Positions 1-10,604 of a stretch of 64,000 nt of DNA are shown piece by piece. A program made the position numbers and the translations under genes. Positions within the stretch are counted from its first letter, which is position 1, and each line of letters starts with the position of its first letter. The DNA is from Histomonas meleagridis 2922-C6/04-290x (taxonomy: Eukaryota > Protista > Parabasalia): NCBI GenBank assembly GCA_020184695.1, contig JAANOX010000159.1, positions 62,001 through 126,000 on the forward strand, read 5' to 3'. The notes under the pieces are model-generated. The model saw only the letters and a program-made list of their open reading frames with translations, was not told where the DNA came from and did not search any database.

Positions 1-1347
1 AAACGCGCGAACGATATCGCCGATACACACAAATCCAGATTCAATACGTCCGACGACCGTTAACTTATTCCCATCGGTTACTTCAGAAACACATAACAAA
101 AATGGCAAAGTTAAGTCAAATTGTGGCGGTTGTAACGAATCAATGGCTTCGTAGACAGTTGGGCCTTTATACCATGGAACAAATTTCGTGGATAATGTCT
201 TCAAATTGATTCCTTTCAAGGCAGATGTTGGAATGAATTGTAACGCTTTCCATCCCAATGTCCTTAAGAATGTGGTCATTTTCGATTTGATGGCTTCGAA
301 TTTGGACTCGTCAAAATCAATATAATCCATTTTGTTAACAATGATGATTAATGATGTTAACCCTAAAGCTCGACATAACAACAAATGTTCTTTCGCTTGG
401 CCTGTTTCGATGTTAGGATTTGATGCATCGATTACTAATAGTGCTGCATCGGCTTGCGAGGCACCAGCAATCATATTAGGTACAAAATCTTTGTGGCCAG
501 GAGCATCTAAGATTGTGACAATTAATTGATTGGTTTGAAATTCGGTCATTGCAACATCTATTGTAACACCACGCTTTCGTTCTTCTTCATCTTCTGCCAT
601 TATCCATGCAAAACGATCTTCCGCTTTACCCATTTCTTCACTTGCATTTGTTATCTTAGTAAGTTGTCCATGAGTCACATTACCGCATAAGTATAACAAG
701 TGGCCCATAAGTGTCGATTTACCGGCATCAACATGGCCTACAATTACCAAATTAATTCGTTTCTTCATTGATGAGATGGCAGCTAAAACAGATTCAGGGG
801 TTCGTTTGCAAGTGGAGTGTTGCTTAGGTGGCTTAGCTAGGTTAAACTGGGAAACGGAGCGTGGTGGAAATGAAGGTTGCAATAATGACTTCTTTGGCTG
901 CTTTGTATTAACAGGTTGTTTACGTTGTTTGTTTTTGCGTTTGAGTACAAAAGTACCAAAATCACCTTCTAAAGCATATGTAATAAATTGTTTCATATCA
1001 TAATTAAGTTCACGTAAAGAATCAATCATTTGTTCCCTATCGCATTTGGAATAGTCATATTTCTTATCAAGCTCAGCAAAACACTTATTTAACATTTCTT
1101 CATCTTCAGGATAATATTCTTCTTCTTCCTCAAAATTTGAATCATCATAATTACCGCCTTGTTCATTATCATGATCACCGTCATCATCTTGACTTAAAAG
1201 ACCGGGTGCAAAAAAGTCATTTAAGGTAACAGAACGTCGTGGTCGATAAGGTTCATAATCATCATCGTCATCGAAAGGATCGTCATTATCATAATCGTAA
1301 TCATCCAAGTCATCTTCATCATAAAGTTGTTTTCTTTGTGCTTTCAT
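1..1347 (-). CDS. HBS1: HBS1-like translational GTPase (eEF1A/eRF3 family); 3' part runs off the left edge; not in the ORF track
   Basis: Manual translation from ATG at 1347: acidic N-terminus, then KRINLVIVGHVDAGKSTLMGHLL (G1), ERKRGVTID (G2), ILDAPGHKDFVPNMIAGASQAD (G3), VNKMD (G4). Open to position 1. Confidence 0.85.
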   Translation of the reverse strand, partial: MKAQRKQLYDEDDLDDYDYDNDDPFDDDDDYEPYRPRRSVTLNDFFAPGLLSQDDDGDHDNEQGGNYDDSNFEEEEEYYPEDEEMLNKCFAELDKKYDYSKCDREQMIDSLRELNYDMKQFITYALEGDFGTFVLKRKNKQRKQPVNTKQPKKSLLQPSFPPRSVSQFNLAKPPKQHSTCKRTPESVLAAISSMKKRINLVIVGHVDAGKSTLMGHLLYLCGNVTHGQLTKITNASEEMGKAEDRFAWIMAEDEEERKRGVTIDVAMTEFQTNQLIVTILDAPGHKDFVPNMIAGASQADAALLVIDASNPNIETGQAKEHLLLCRALGLTSLIIIVNKMDYIDFDESKFEAIKSKMTTFLRTLGWKALQFIPTSALKGINLKTLSTKFVPWYKGPTVYEAIDSLQPPQFDLTLPFLLCVSEVTDGNKLTVVGRIESGFVCIGDIVRAF

Positions 1348-1599
1348 TTATTTTCGCTAAGGGACTCGTATGGATCACCAGGGCGCCCCAACAGTCGTTA
1401 AATTTGTGCACTTTACAAAATTTCCATCACAAAAGGTTTACTCACCAAAAACCGACAGCCATTTTTTGGTCGATAGAGTTTCTGTATGACGATAACACTT
1501 TTCTGGCCGAAACGATCGTTTAATCATTGAATTACTTATCGGTTTTAAAACACATCAAAAAATTCAATTCGTATTTCGGTTATTTTAGAGCGCAAACAT

Positions 1600-2931
1600 T
1601 CAGTTTGTGGAGGACATTATCTTCTCTATTTCTTCTATTGTCTTAGGACAATTGCAGCTGAGAACCTCAGATCCATCCTCAGTCACTAAAAGGTCATCTT
1701 CTATTCTTATACCGCCCACAGTATCAGCATAATGCAATGCCTTATCAAAGTTAACGCAAGCGTAATTTGGATTATTTCTTTCTCTTTCCAACCTTACCTT
1801 ATGGAAATAAATTCCAGGCTCAGCAGTTATCACCATTCCTGGTCTTAATAATGTTGAAGCCTTCCATTTATCTTTTTCGGTTGTATTATAAACCAAATCA
1901 TGTACATTACATCCAACATTATGAGTTAAACTATGCGGGCAAAACAGGCGTGCTACAGTAAGCATTTTCTCTTTGTCAAGTCCTTCACTTGAAGCAATCC
2001 CAAGTGATTCCAAAATTGCCATTATAGACTTAAACATTTCTCCGTTAAGTTGTTGAAATGTAAGTCCAGGCTTCACCATACGAATGAGCTCGATTTGCTT
2101 CTCAAGGAGCAAGTTGTACACAAGCGCTTGATCAGGTGAGAATTTGCCGCTGGCAGGGAATGTGCGAGTGATGTCACCCGCGTAGTGGTTCTCAAAAAGT
2201 CCGCAATCGACGAGAACCAAGTCGCCGTCTTTGATAAGACCGTCGTTAGCGGTGTAATGGAGATAGACAGCATGTTGACCTGAGCCAACAATAGTTTTGA
2301 AGGAAACATTTCGACATCCAAGACGTGCGCCATAATACTCAAACATTGTCTCAATATCATACTCGTGAAGGCCAGGCTTGCAATTCTTCATGGATTCAAC
2401 GAGAGCTTTGCCTGTCTTTTCAGCAGCAGTTCGGATATTTGAAATTTCATGTGGAAGTTTTTCGATACGAGCCATGCCAGCAGCTTGAACAAAGATCTCG
2501 TTGTCGCATTTCATGGAGTTCTTGTTCGATGCTGATGAACTGTATAATTTGATTTTCTTTTGAACATAAGACATGACATCATCGAGATATTGTTTGGTAA
2601 ATCTGACTTCATTGACACCGGTTTGGTCAATGATGCTTTGATTGGTTGGAATTGGACCTGTCCAAATTTCATAATGTTCGTCATAAGATGGAATATATAA
2701 AATTGTATGTCCGCTTTCGATGTCAATAGTTATTGCAGAGTCTGGATTACTCCATCCTGAGACCCAGTAGAAAAGAGCTTCTTGGAGAAAAGGTAATTCA
2801 GAATTTGAGTAAGGTTCTTTTGGTTGGTCAGGAGATTCATAAAATATAATTCCACTTGTGACATTGAAGTTCGTGCGGAACATTTCTAGTAATTTACTTC
2901 GGTGCTGTGTGAAACAAGATCCGTCCATCAT
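1600..2931 (-). CDS. Xaa-Pro aminopeptidase/prolidase (M24B)
   Basis: AMP_N-like N-terminus; metal-binding motifs VLVDCG, YAGDITRTFP, H-x-VG-x-NVHD, TAEPGIYF, GGIRIEDD. Confidence 0.9.
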   Translation of the reverse strand: MMDGSCFTQHRSKLLEMFRTNFNVTSGIIFYESPDQPKEPYSNSELPFLQEALFYWVSGWSNPDSAITIDIESGHTILYIPSYDEHYEIWTGPIPTNQSIIDQTGVNEVRFTKQYLDDVMSYVQKKIKLYSSSASNKNSMKCDNEIFVQAAGMARIEKLPHEISNIRTAAEKTGKALVESMKNCKPGLHEYDIETMFEYYGARLGCRNVSFKTIVGSGQHAVYLHYTANDGLIKDGDLVLVDCGLFENHYAGDITRTFPASGKFSPDQALVYNLLLEKQIELIRMVKPGLTFQQLNGEMFKSIMAILESLGIASSEGLDKEKMLTVARLFCPHSLTHNVGCNVHDLVYNTTEKDKWKASTLLRPGMVITAEPGIYFHKVRLERERNNPNYACVNFDKALHYADTVGGIRIEDDLLVTEDGSEVLSCNCPKTIEEIEKIMSSTN

Positions 2932-3280
2932 CTCTAAATATGACAGATGTTATCGGAACGGTTAATATTTTGCCACTAAACGGTCGGCAATGATATAGAC
3001 AAACTTTTTGAGAAAAATATTCAAAAAAGTGACTTTTAAGTTGAACAAATTTATTTTTCAGGAAAAACTTTCATAGTTTTTTTCTTTATGTTGAATAGCT
3101 GATATACAATAAAGTGTGTGAAGAATATTCTTTTAGTGATATATTGAAGAAAAAAAACGATTGATCTGCTTATTATCGAAATATTATTATTAAAAAAATA
3201 TATTATGAGATTAATCTCTTGTTTTATTTGAAATTTATTTTAATAATTTTGGTTTTCAAAATAATATTTGGAAATTATTT

Positions 3281-3376
3281 AATACAGCACTTATGTATGC
3301 ATCTGAAAATGGTTATATAGAAATAGTTAAATTACTTCTTATGATTTCCCCCAAATCATCACAAAGAAGCAATTGA
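3281..3376 (+). pseudogene. Isolated single ankyrin-repeat fragment
   Basis: Reads NTALMYASENGYIEIVKLLL; no start codon; preceded by an AT-rich spacer shared with the ankyrin fragment at 63.9 kb. Confidence 0.65.
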
Positions 3377-4379
3377 GATCTCTATGCCCACATGTATTCA
3401 TACATTGTATTTAATAAGTTACATATTCTTGTTTTTCCATCTATTATGCATAAACAAAACCACAGCCAATATTGTAATCAGACACAATAATAATATTTTT
3501 ACTTTAATATTTTATCATTATCAAAAGCATTTGAATTATTTTAGTTAAAACATCTTAGTTACATTGGTTAATTACTTTAGTAAAATACTAAAGGTTGGAG
3601 AAAGGTTTTTGTATTGGAGAAGGGAAGTTGCTATTAGGCTTTCAAGAGACAAGTCTAAGGTTGGCCAAAAGGAACAACCAAAAAAAAAATTATGTTATTT
3701 GAATTGAAAACTTCCAATCAATTATAATTTAACCACCACTTATATAACCTAGTAATGCTATTGCATGTTCTTGCTATAGTAGACCAAACCAAACCAATAT
3801 CTACTTATTATTGTTAGATCTAACAATAAATGATTTCTATCATGATTCTAAATTTTATGTTTTTGATGAATTGATTGCTTTCTGTTGTTGGTCAATTGAC
3901 TGAGTCAACGACTGATATATTACAGATATGTGTGTATGTATATAATTTAAAAAATAGTAACAAACATTTCTAAACATTTATTAAATATCTATTTTTATGT
4001 TGATGATAAATAAAAGACTCTGATTATTTCCTTCATGAGAGTTTTTTATTCACTGTTAAACGTTAATTTGGCTGACTATGCTAACTTACAGTTTTATAAA
4101 ATTCATATGGTTATTACTTATGGAAATTTCATTTTTACTCATCAAACATCTATTTTTGCATTGGGTATTTCTAAATCCAAACAGCTCGAACGCCCACGAA
4201 GTTACTGTTTCCAAGGCACTCACGAAAAGTGAAAAAATCGGTTGCGCCTTCGGCCGACAAAGAATTCTTTTAAAAAGTTCAACCGCTTCATTCAATCCAC
4301 AGATTATTTTATCGTCCCCACAAAACCTGTGGTCTTGATTGGGCAACTTTTTCAAGTACTTTTTCTTTTTCCACACAAA

Positions 4380-4387
4380 AAAGTGAC
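4380..4387 (+). promoter_or_regulatory. AAAGTGAC motif upstream of Rab1
   Basis: Exact AAAGTGAC 37 nt before the ATG; as I recall, this matches a motif reported upstream of T. vaginalis genes. Confidence 0.45.
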
Positions 4388-4424
4388 GTAACCGCCTAAC
4401 ATTGTACAGGAACAGCTGACCAAG

Positions 4425-5018
4425 ATGTCCTTCGATTACATGTTTAAGCTTCTTGTCGTTGGAGAATCCGGCGTGGGCAAAACGTGCATGCTTTTGCGTT
4501 TCGCAGATGACTCATTTGAAGATAATTTCTTGTCAACAATTGGCGTCGATTTTAAAGTGAAAGAAATTGTTGTAGATAACCAGAAAGTTAAGCTTCAAAT
4601 CTGGGATAGCGCAGGTCAAGAAAGATTTAGAAACATTACAGCAAGTTATTATAGAAACAGTTCTGCCATTATCATAGTATACGATATAACAAGCCATGAA
4701 TCATTCAGCAAAGTTTCAGAGTGGATCGAGGAAGTTCGCGGTTTTGTTCCAAATTCACCTCTTCTTCTTGTTGGAAACAAATGTGATTTAGAAGATAAAA
4801 GGCAAGTTTCATATGAAGAAGGAGAAGCATTTGCAAAGAAAAACAATATAATGTTCTTAGAAACATCAGCAAAGACACGTCATAACATTGATGCAACATT
4901 CCAAGAGATTGCTCGTCAATTAATTAAGGACGCCGCAAACAAGCCAAAGTTTGAAACAGCGAATAAAATTAATATTGACTCCAAGTCATCTAAGCAAAAG
5001 GGAAAGTGCTGTCACTAA
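4425..5018 (+). CDS. RAB1: Rab1/Ypt1-family small GTPase
   Basis: GESGVGKT, IGVDFK, WDSAGQERF, GNKCD, ETSAK; C-terminal CCH prenylation motif. Confidence 0.9.
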   Translation: MSFDYMFKLLVVGESGVGKTCMLLRFADDSFEDNFLSTIGVDFKVKEIVVDNQKVKLQIWDSAGQERFRNITASYYRNSSAIIIVYDITSHESFSKVSEWIEEVRGFVPNSPLLLVGNKCDLEDKRQVSYEEGEAFAKKNNIMFLETSAKTRHNIDATFQEIARQLIKDAANKPKFETANKINIDSKSSKQKGKCCH

Positions 5019-5107
5019 AGCGTTAATTTATGATTTTTCGGTTTTTAACATTAAATTTAAATTTTGACCTTTTATGAAATACTTCAGTTTTATATTTAGA
5101 AATTTTA

Positions 5108-6322
5108 ATGTTTCCTTCGCGTCCTCTTGTTAAATTAGACGAAACAACAGCTGCTATGAATCTTTCATGGGTTAACATTCATTCAAATGATTGGCTAAAT
5201 GTTATACGTGGAACAAGAATTTTAGGACTTGCAAGACAACTTGAATGTTTAGCTAAATACTCTATAGATATGTTTAAAGATCTTACTACATTAATGAATG
5301 AAACAACGAAAAAATATGATAATATAGTGAAAAAGATAGATGTTGTTACTGGATTGCTTAAAAATGCAAAAGTTGATCCTAAAAACTTAGGGAAAAATGA
5401 AAGTAGAACTCAACCAGAAAGCAAAGATACAAATCAATTTAGTATAAAAAGAACAATAATGTCAGAAGCAATGATCCAAACAGCTTTACCTCCACCTGAT
5501 TTTTCTGGATTTAATAAAATTGAAAATGATTACTTAAAGGCAACAGGAAAAGCTACAAATAATGTAGATTTCAACAAATATTTTTCTGATCCAGGTTTCT
5601 TCAAACGTCAGTATGTATTTGAGTTATTTGAGCAGTATCAAAAAGAAAAAGAAGAAATCAAAAAAGAAATACGTGCTACACGTGCTAAAAAGAAACAAGA
5701 GTCAACAAAAACATATACCAAAAAATCAAATGTTAAAAGAACAAAAAAACCAAATGCTCAAGTAAAATATGAGCCTTCCCATAATGTCAACAAAGAAGAT
5801 ATAAAACCTTCTCAACCTAAAGTTAAACAAGAAGAAAAACCTCAACCAACAAAAGCACAAGATGAGAAAAAAGGAAAATTGAAGTTTATTAAAATTTTCC
5901 ATAAGAAAACACAACAACAGACACATACACCACGACACCGTCAACGTACAGTTAGAATTCCAGAACCAAGTCAAGAAAATACACATGACTCTGAGACAAC
6001 TTCAATAGCAGCTCCTCCTCCACCTCCACCTCCTCCCCCACCAGAACCTTTAAAATCCACACCCACAACTTCTTCTCCACCAATAACAACAAGTAAGCAA
6101 ACAATTTCTCACCTTGATTTAATCAAAGCAGGGAATTTTGGTTTGAAGAGTGTGGATAAAACTGAAAAAAGACCTGCACCAATTAAAAAGTTTGATGAAG
6201 TTGATCCAAATACTTTATCGGTACAAGAAATCCTCCAACAAGCAGCTATCATTCGAGAAGCTGTAGCATGTTCAGATTCATCTTCTGAGAATGAGGAATC
6301 AGAATCATCAACAACATGGTAA
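5108..6322 (+). CDS. SCAR/WAVE-like Arp2/3 activator
   Basis: N-terminal SCAR-homology-like region (LARQLECLAKYSIDMF; FSDPGFF), basic region, poly-Pro, WH2 (HLDLIKAGNFGLKSV), acidic tail ending in W. Confidence 0.75.
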   Translation: MFPSRPLVKLDETTAAMNLSWVNIHSNDWLNVIRGTRILGLARQLECLAKYSIDMFKDLTTLMNETTKKYDNIVKKIDVVTGLLKNAKVDPKNLGKNESRTQPESKDTNQFSIKRTIMSEAMIQTALPPPDFSGFNKIENDYLKATGKATNNVDFNKYFSDPGFFKRQYVFELFEQYQKEKEEIKKEIRATRAKKKQESTKTYTKKSNVKRTKKPNAQVKYEPSHNVNKEDIKPSQPKVKQEEKPQPTKAQDEKKGKLKFIKIFHKKTQQQTHTPRHRQRTVRIPEPSQENTHDSETTSIAAPPPPPPPPPPEPLKSTPTTSSPPITTSKQTISHLDLIKAGNFGLKSVDKTEKRPAPIKKFDEVDPNTLSVQEILQQAAIIREAVACSDSSSENEESESSTTW

Positions 6323-6574
6323 ATCAAGCTTACGTTTTTTCTTTAAAACTAAAAGGTTTTCCTTTTATTAATTGACAATATCTTTTCTAAAAGATTAATC
6401 AAAATATTTTATAAATTTCATTAATATCCAATTGTTTAGAGCATTTTAAAGTACATCATTAATATTCTAAACTTATCATTTATATGATATGAAACAAAAG
6501 AAAATATTCTAATTCGAACAACTTTGATAATTTATACATAAAGAACAAAATTACAATAGACATTAACTGGCATT

Positions 6575-9500
6575 TTATTCCTCAATAATTCTATTTCTTG
6601 TTCTTGACCTTGATGCCATTGCAGCACATAACTTAAACATTGGCGTGAACAAATTGTGAGATTTATCCCACACCGTTGGGGGGTCCTGTTTTTCACTGTG
6701 CACGTAATCGGCCTGTAGACCGTTAGCCTGACTTTTTTCGATATCGACCAAATACGTTGGCTGAAACTTTGACTGTGCAGCAATTTCCTGAACTCTTAAT
6801 CTTTGAGTTCTTGAAGGCAACAAATTTGCGAACAGCGCTTGTATGAACAACACAGGCATAGTTGCTGCCGAAGTAATCATTATGACAACTATCCAATGTA
6901 AAGGGTTCGAATAAGTTCTCCATAAAGCAGAATAAATACTTCTACAAATGGACAAATTATTCACCAAATTTGCTAACAAAGTAAATATCAAATAAATTAA
7001 CCAATTACCCCAAATGAAGACGAAGTTCATCGACGTATAAAACTTAGTATCAATAGTCACAGTAATTAAAACAATTAAAATCACAGAAGTAAATTGTATT
7101 TGTTGGAATTCACTTAATGACATCGGAGATCCATCGAAATCAGTGATCGAATCGATTGGAAATGAATAGTTCGCAAACACAATGATAATGATCGCTTGAT
7201 ATATGGCACGTATTACCCACCAGAAGAATGTTCTCGGGTTACAAAATCCTCTTAAACTTGAGTCCTTATAAAGATATGGATGTAAATACACTGTCGTCTC
7301 ATCAATATCCTTATCGAATATGAAGAAGATGACAGGTAATATAGTAAAGATCGCATTATAACACATTAAGTTAAAATCATTAAGTAAACCTGCGCCTGAA
7401 AATCCATTCCAAAACAAATATCCAATTTGTATCAATGCAATAATGATAGACTTATAAAAACAAAACTGTGTGAGCCATGATGTTCGATAATATGATAATC
7501 GTCCATGTATTAACAATAACTTTGGTAATGAATTGAAACGATTAATTGCAAAGTCGGATGCAATCGATGCTTGTCGTCCTTCTTTACCAATGATCCCAAT
7601 GCCAATATGTGCTGTACGAATCATCGTGACATCATTACCTCCGTCACCTATAGCTAATGTAACTTTTCCTAACGATTGAATCGCTTCGACATATCTCGCT
7701 TTTTGTTTTGGTGTAGTACGAGCACATATTACACACTTCGCTTTGCTCGCTGTCTCTGCAAACTCTTTCTTAAGTGGGCCTAAGAATTGTTCCGTTAATG
7801 GCGATGAGCCTTCTAAGACTAAATAAAAGGTTCGATTAGGTTTCGCATATTCATTAACTTCATTCAACAATTCAAGTGGATCAGCTTCAATGTTCGGATT
7901 CGTTAAGAAGATAAGTTCGCCATCATTAGAAATAAGACGTGTGGAACGCGCAATCTTAATGGATGTGTTCATTAAGTCGCCAGTGACCATCCAAACATGA
8001 ATTCCGGCTTCGCGTAACATTTCAATCGTTTGTGGTACATCATCTTGAAGACGATCTTCAATACCTGCGCAGCCAATGAGTCGTAAATTTCCTTCAAATT
8101 CAGTGTAGATTTGATTCTCCATCTCTTCTCTGTTCTGAATGTTTTGTTGCGCGGTGTGAAGTCGTGATTTAAAGTCATCATACTCTGTTTCTGAGATCTC
8201 TTTATAGGCCATAGCCATAACACGTAAACCTAATGATGAAAATGAATCAACTTGTGGAACAAATTCTTCATATTTTTCAGTACAAAAGTTGGTGATAACT
8301 TCATGTGCTCCTTTGGAATATAAATAGATTTGATTGGTGTCTTGATCACGAACTATGACAGACATTCGCTTACGATTGAAAGTAAATGGTAAGACACCAA
8401 GCTTTTCAAAGGTCTTCTTGGAAAATTCTAAACTTTGTGATTCAATTTCAATTGTATGTTCAGTAATATTGATTTGGAATCCTAACCTATTAAGACCTTC
8501 AAGAAAACATACTTCTTCAGGTGATTGACCTTCATATATAAAACCATTTGGTGCATCTTCTTCTAAAATTTGCTTTAAGGAATGACATAAAGCAAGATTA
8601 AGAACTAATTGCCTGGTCCATCCATATTGTAGAACTGCTTCCTCATCTAATATGGATGGTTTTCCATCTGGTTGTTTAGGCAAAGGTTGCCCTTTCTCCG
8701 AGAGACCGTTTAACTGGAAGAGCTGTGTAAAGCTCTCATCTTCAAATATATCTTCGGCTTTTTCAGAATGCCCATAGAAATTTTTGTGAACGGCAACTTT
8801 TTTAAGACGCATTTCATTTTCTGTCATCGTGCCGGTTTTATCACTGAAAATGTATTCAATTGAACCTAAATCTTCGATACAACTTGAGTTATTAACTAAA
8901 GGGCGGATCTTACGTTGAAAATCATACATGGTAATATCATTTCTGATCCATGTAGCATAAACACATTTACAAATATCAAGAATAACTTTAAATGATATTG
9001 GAATTAAAATTGATGTAAGTAAATATGTTCGGAAATATAAAATATACTTTTCAGTTCCTGCGCTTATATCAAGGCGTAGGTATGGCGCTGTGGTTTTCAT
9101 TTGATCCATTTTCCAGTTACCAATTGATCCCCAAATAATTGGAAGAAGAACTTGGAAAACAAAAAGACAAATGATACACTTGTCAAGGAACTTTTCAATC
9201 TGTGTCCATTTTGTTGGTGGTTTGGTTGAGTTTTTACCAAGTTTTGTAAGATTTCCATTATAACAAACCATTCCATAAATAAAATCAGCATTACGAAGAA
9301 ATGTACCGGCTTGGATAAGCTGATTCTCATTCATTGCAATTGCACTACTTGGACCATCTTTTTCAAGGAAAATTGTGCTGTCAAAATAATATATTTCTGG
9401 ATTAGGTGCACTACACTCAATAACAACATTTGTTGTTTTGAGGCCTTCTAGCCCAAGGTTCTGTGTTAATGGTTTTGCTGATCTTTCTTTAAGATTTGTT

Positions 9501-10000
9501 TCTCCATCAAGATTTGATGTTTCAATACAACATTTTCCATCTTCACGTGATGTATATAAAACTGCAATATCGGCGGGTGATTCTTGATTACGATTTAACA
9601 TTATAATATCACCAGGATAAAGTTGTTCTGAAATTATTTCAACTTCTTGACCATCACGAATAGTTCTAAAAGGTCGTTGATTAAACCTTTTATCTTGCAT
9701 ATGTTGACCATAGTCATCAATACCTTCACGAATGAAAGTAATTGCGAAAATAATAACAATTGGTGCCCAGGTTGTGATTGGATTTGTTGGAGATACTTCT
9801 TCCCAAAGCTGTAAACAGCCAATTAATATGAAATAGAAGTTCATAAAACGCCTAATATGTGTCCATATGATAAGAGGAAGAAAAGTAAAAACATTATACT
9901 TGCTATTTACAACCTTGTTATTTCCGTAATGCTTGTTTGATTCTGATGAGTTTGAGCGAATGATACGATTCTCTGTTTCTTCGTGTTTGCAGCAACTCAT
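6575..10000 (-). CDS. P4-type ATPase (phospholipid flippase)
   Basis: DGETNLK, FSDKTGT phosphorylation site, GDGGND, FCFYKS. The ORF-track start is TTG; first ATG is at 10000. Confidence 0.93.
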   Translation of the reverse strand: MSCCKHEETENRIIRSNSSESNKHYGNNKVVNSKYNVFTFLPLIIWTHIRRFMNFYFILIGCLQLWEEVSPTNPITTWAPIVIIFAITFIREGIDDYGQHMQDKRFNQRPFRTIRDGQEVEIISEQLYPGDIIMLNRNQESPADIAVLYTSREDGKCCIETSNLDGETNLKERSAKPLTQNLGLEGLKTTNVVIECSAPNPEIYYFDSTIFLEKDGPSSAIAMNENQLIQAGTFLRNADFIYGMVCYNGNLTKLGKNSTKPPTKWTQIEKFLDKCIICLFVFQVLLPIIWGSIGNWKMDQMKTTAPYLRLDISAGTEKYILYFRTYLLTSILIPISFKVILDICKCVYATWIRNDITMYDFQRKIRPLVNNSSCIEDLGSIEYIFSDKTGTMTENEMRLKKVAVHKNFYGHSEKAEDIFEDESFTQLFQLNGLSEKGQPLPKQPDGKPSILDEEAVLQYGWTRQLVLNLALCHSLKQILEEDAPNGFIYEGQSPEEVCFLEGLNRLGFQINITEHTIEIESQSLEFSKKTFEKLGVLPFTFNRKRMSVIVRDQDTNQIYLYSKGAHEVITNFCTEKYEEFVPQVDSFSSLGLRVMAMAYKEISETEYDDFKSRLHTAQQNIQNREEMENQIYTEFEGNLRLIGCAGIEDRLQDDVPQTIEMLREAGIHVWMVTGDLMNTSIKIARSTRLISNDGELIFLTNPNIEADPLELLNEVNEYAKPNRTFYLVLEGSSPLTEQFLGPLKKEFAETASKAKCVICARTTPKQKARYVEAIQSLGKVTLAIGDGGNDVTMIRTAHIGIGIIGKEGRQASIASDFAINRFNSLPKLLLIHGRLSYYRTSWLTQFCFYKSIIIALIQIGYLFWNGFSGAGLLNDFNLMCYNAIFTILPVIFFIFDKDIDETTVYLHPYLYKDSSLRGFCNPRTFFWWVIRAIYQAIIIIVFANYSFPIDSITDFDGSPMSLSEFQQIQFTSVILIVLITVTIDTKFYTSMNFVFIWGNWLIYLIFTLLANLVNNLSICRSIYSALWRTYSNPLHWIVVIMITSAATMPVLFIQALFANLLPSRTQRLRVQEIAAQSKFQPTYLVDIEKSQANGLQADYVHSEKQDPPTVWDKSHNLFTPMFKLCAAMASRSRTRNRIIEE

Positions 10001-10604
10001 CCCTTTTTGAAGACGGAAAACGGCTCTATTCAATTTGTTTGATTTACTCCGCTTGAAATAAGAGGAAAAAAATGTCAGCAAATTCCGGCTTTAAAGAAGT
10101 GTTTGAAAAAATATAAAGTCAAATGAAATATTACTCATACTTTAATTGGATTCTGTAACATGAATTTAGAAAATATTTTCTGATGGAAATTTCTTTTTCG
10201 CTTAAACCACAAAAGAGGGAAAACCCACGCAAAATTTGAAATGGTCAGCTTTTAATTCAGAAGAAAACCTCCATTTTCACCAAAATAAATCTTTGAATAA
10301 ATTCAAATTCTGTGTGTTTTTAGATAACGGCAGAAGGGTGCCCTGTGAGCCACGTTGAAAATTGGCAAAACAACAATAAACTTTTTCAATAGATTCAAAA
10401 AATTGTATCATATAACGGTCGTTTATGTAGCTACATCGACAGTTTGTCAAACTCAAATTTACATCATGTTGAGTCAAAAAGCAGTTTTGATACATGTCAA
10501 AAAGTTCTATCGTAGAATTACACGAAGCTTTTTAGTGCACCCTAACGGATGATGAAGGTTTCATAAAATAATTCAAATGGCACTTTTTTGTTATAATCTG
10601 TAAC

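Noticed and set aside
1350-1520. GC-rich stretch between HBS1 and the peptidase, considered as a snoRNA/snRNA
   Set aside because: No convincing C/D, H/ACA or Sm motifs; better explained as promoter DNA containing GGGCGCCC.
3808-3829. 22-bp perfect palindrome TTATTGTTAGATCTAACAATAA
   Set aside because: A single AT-rich instance, within chance range for 64 kb; no associated feature.
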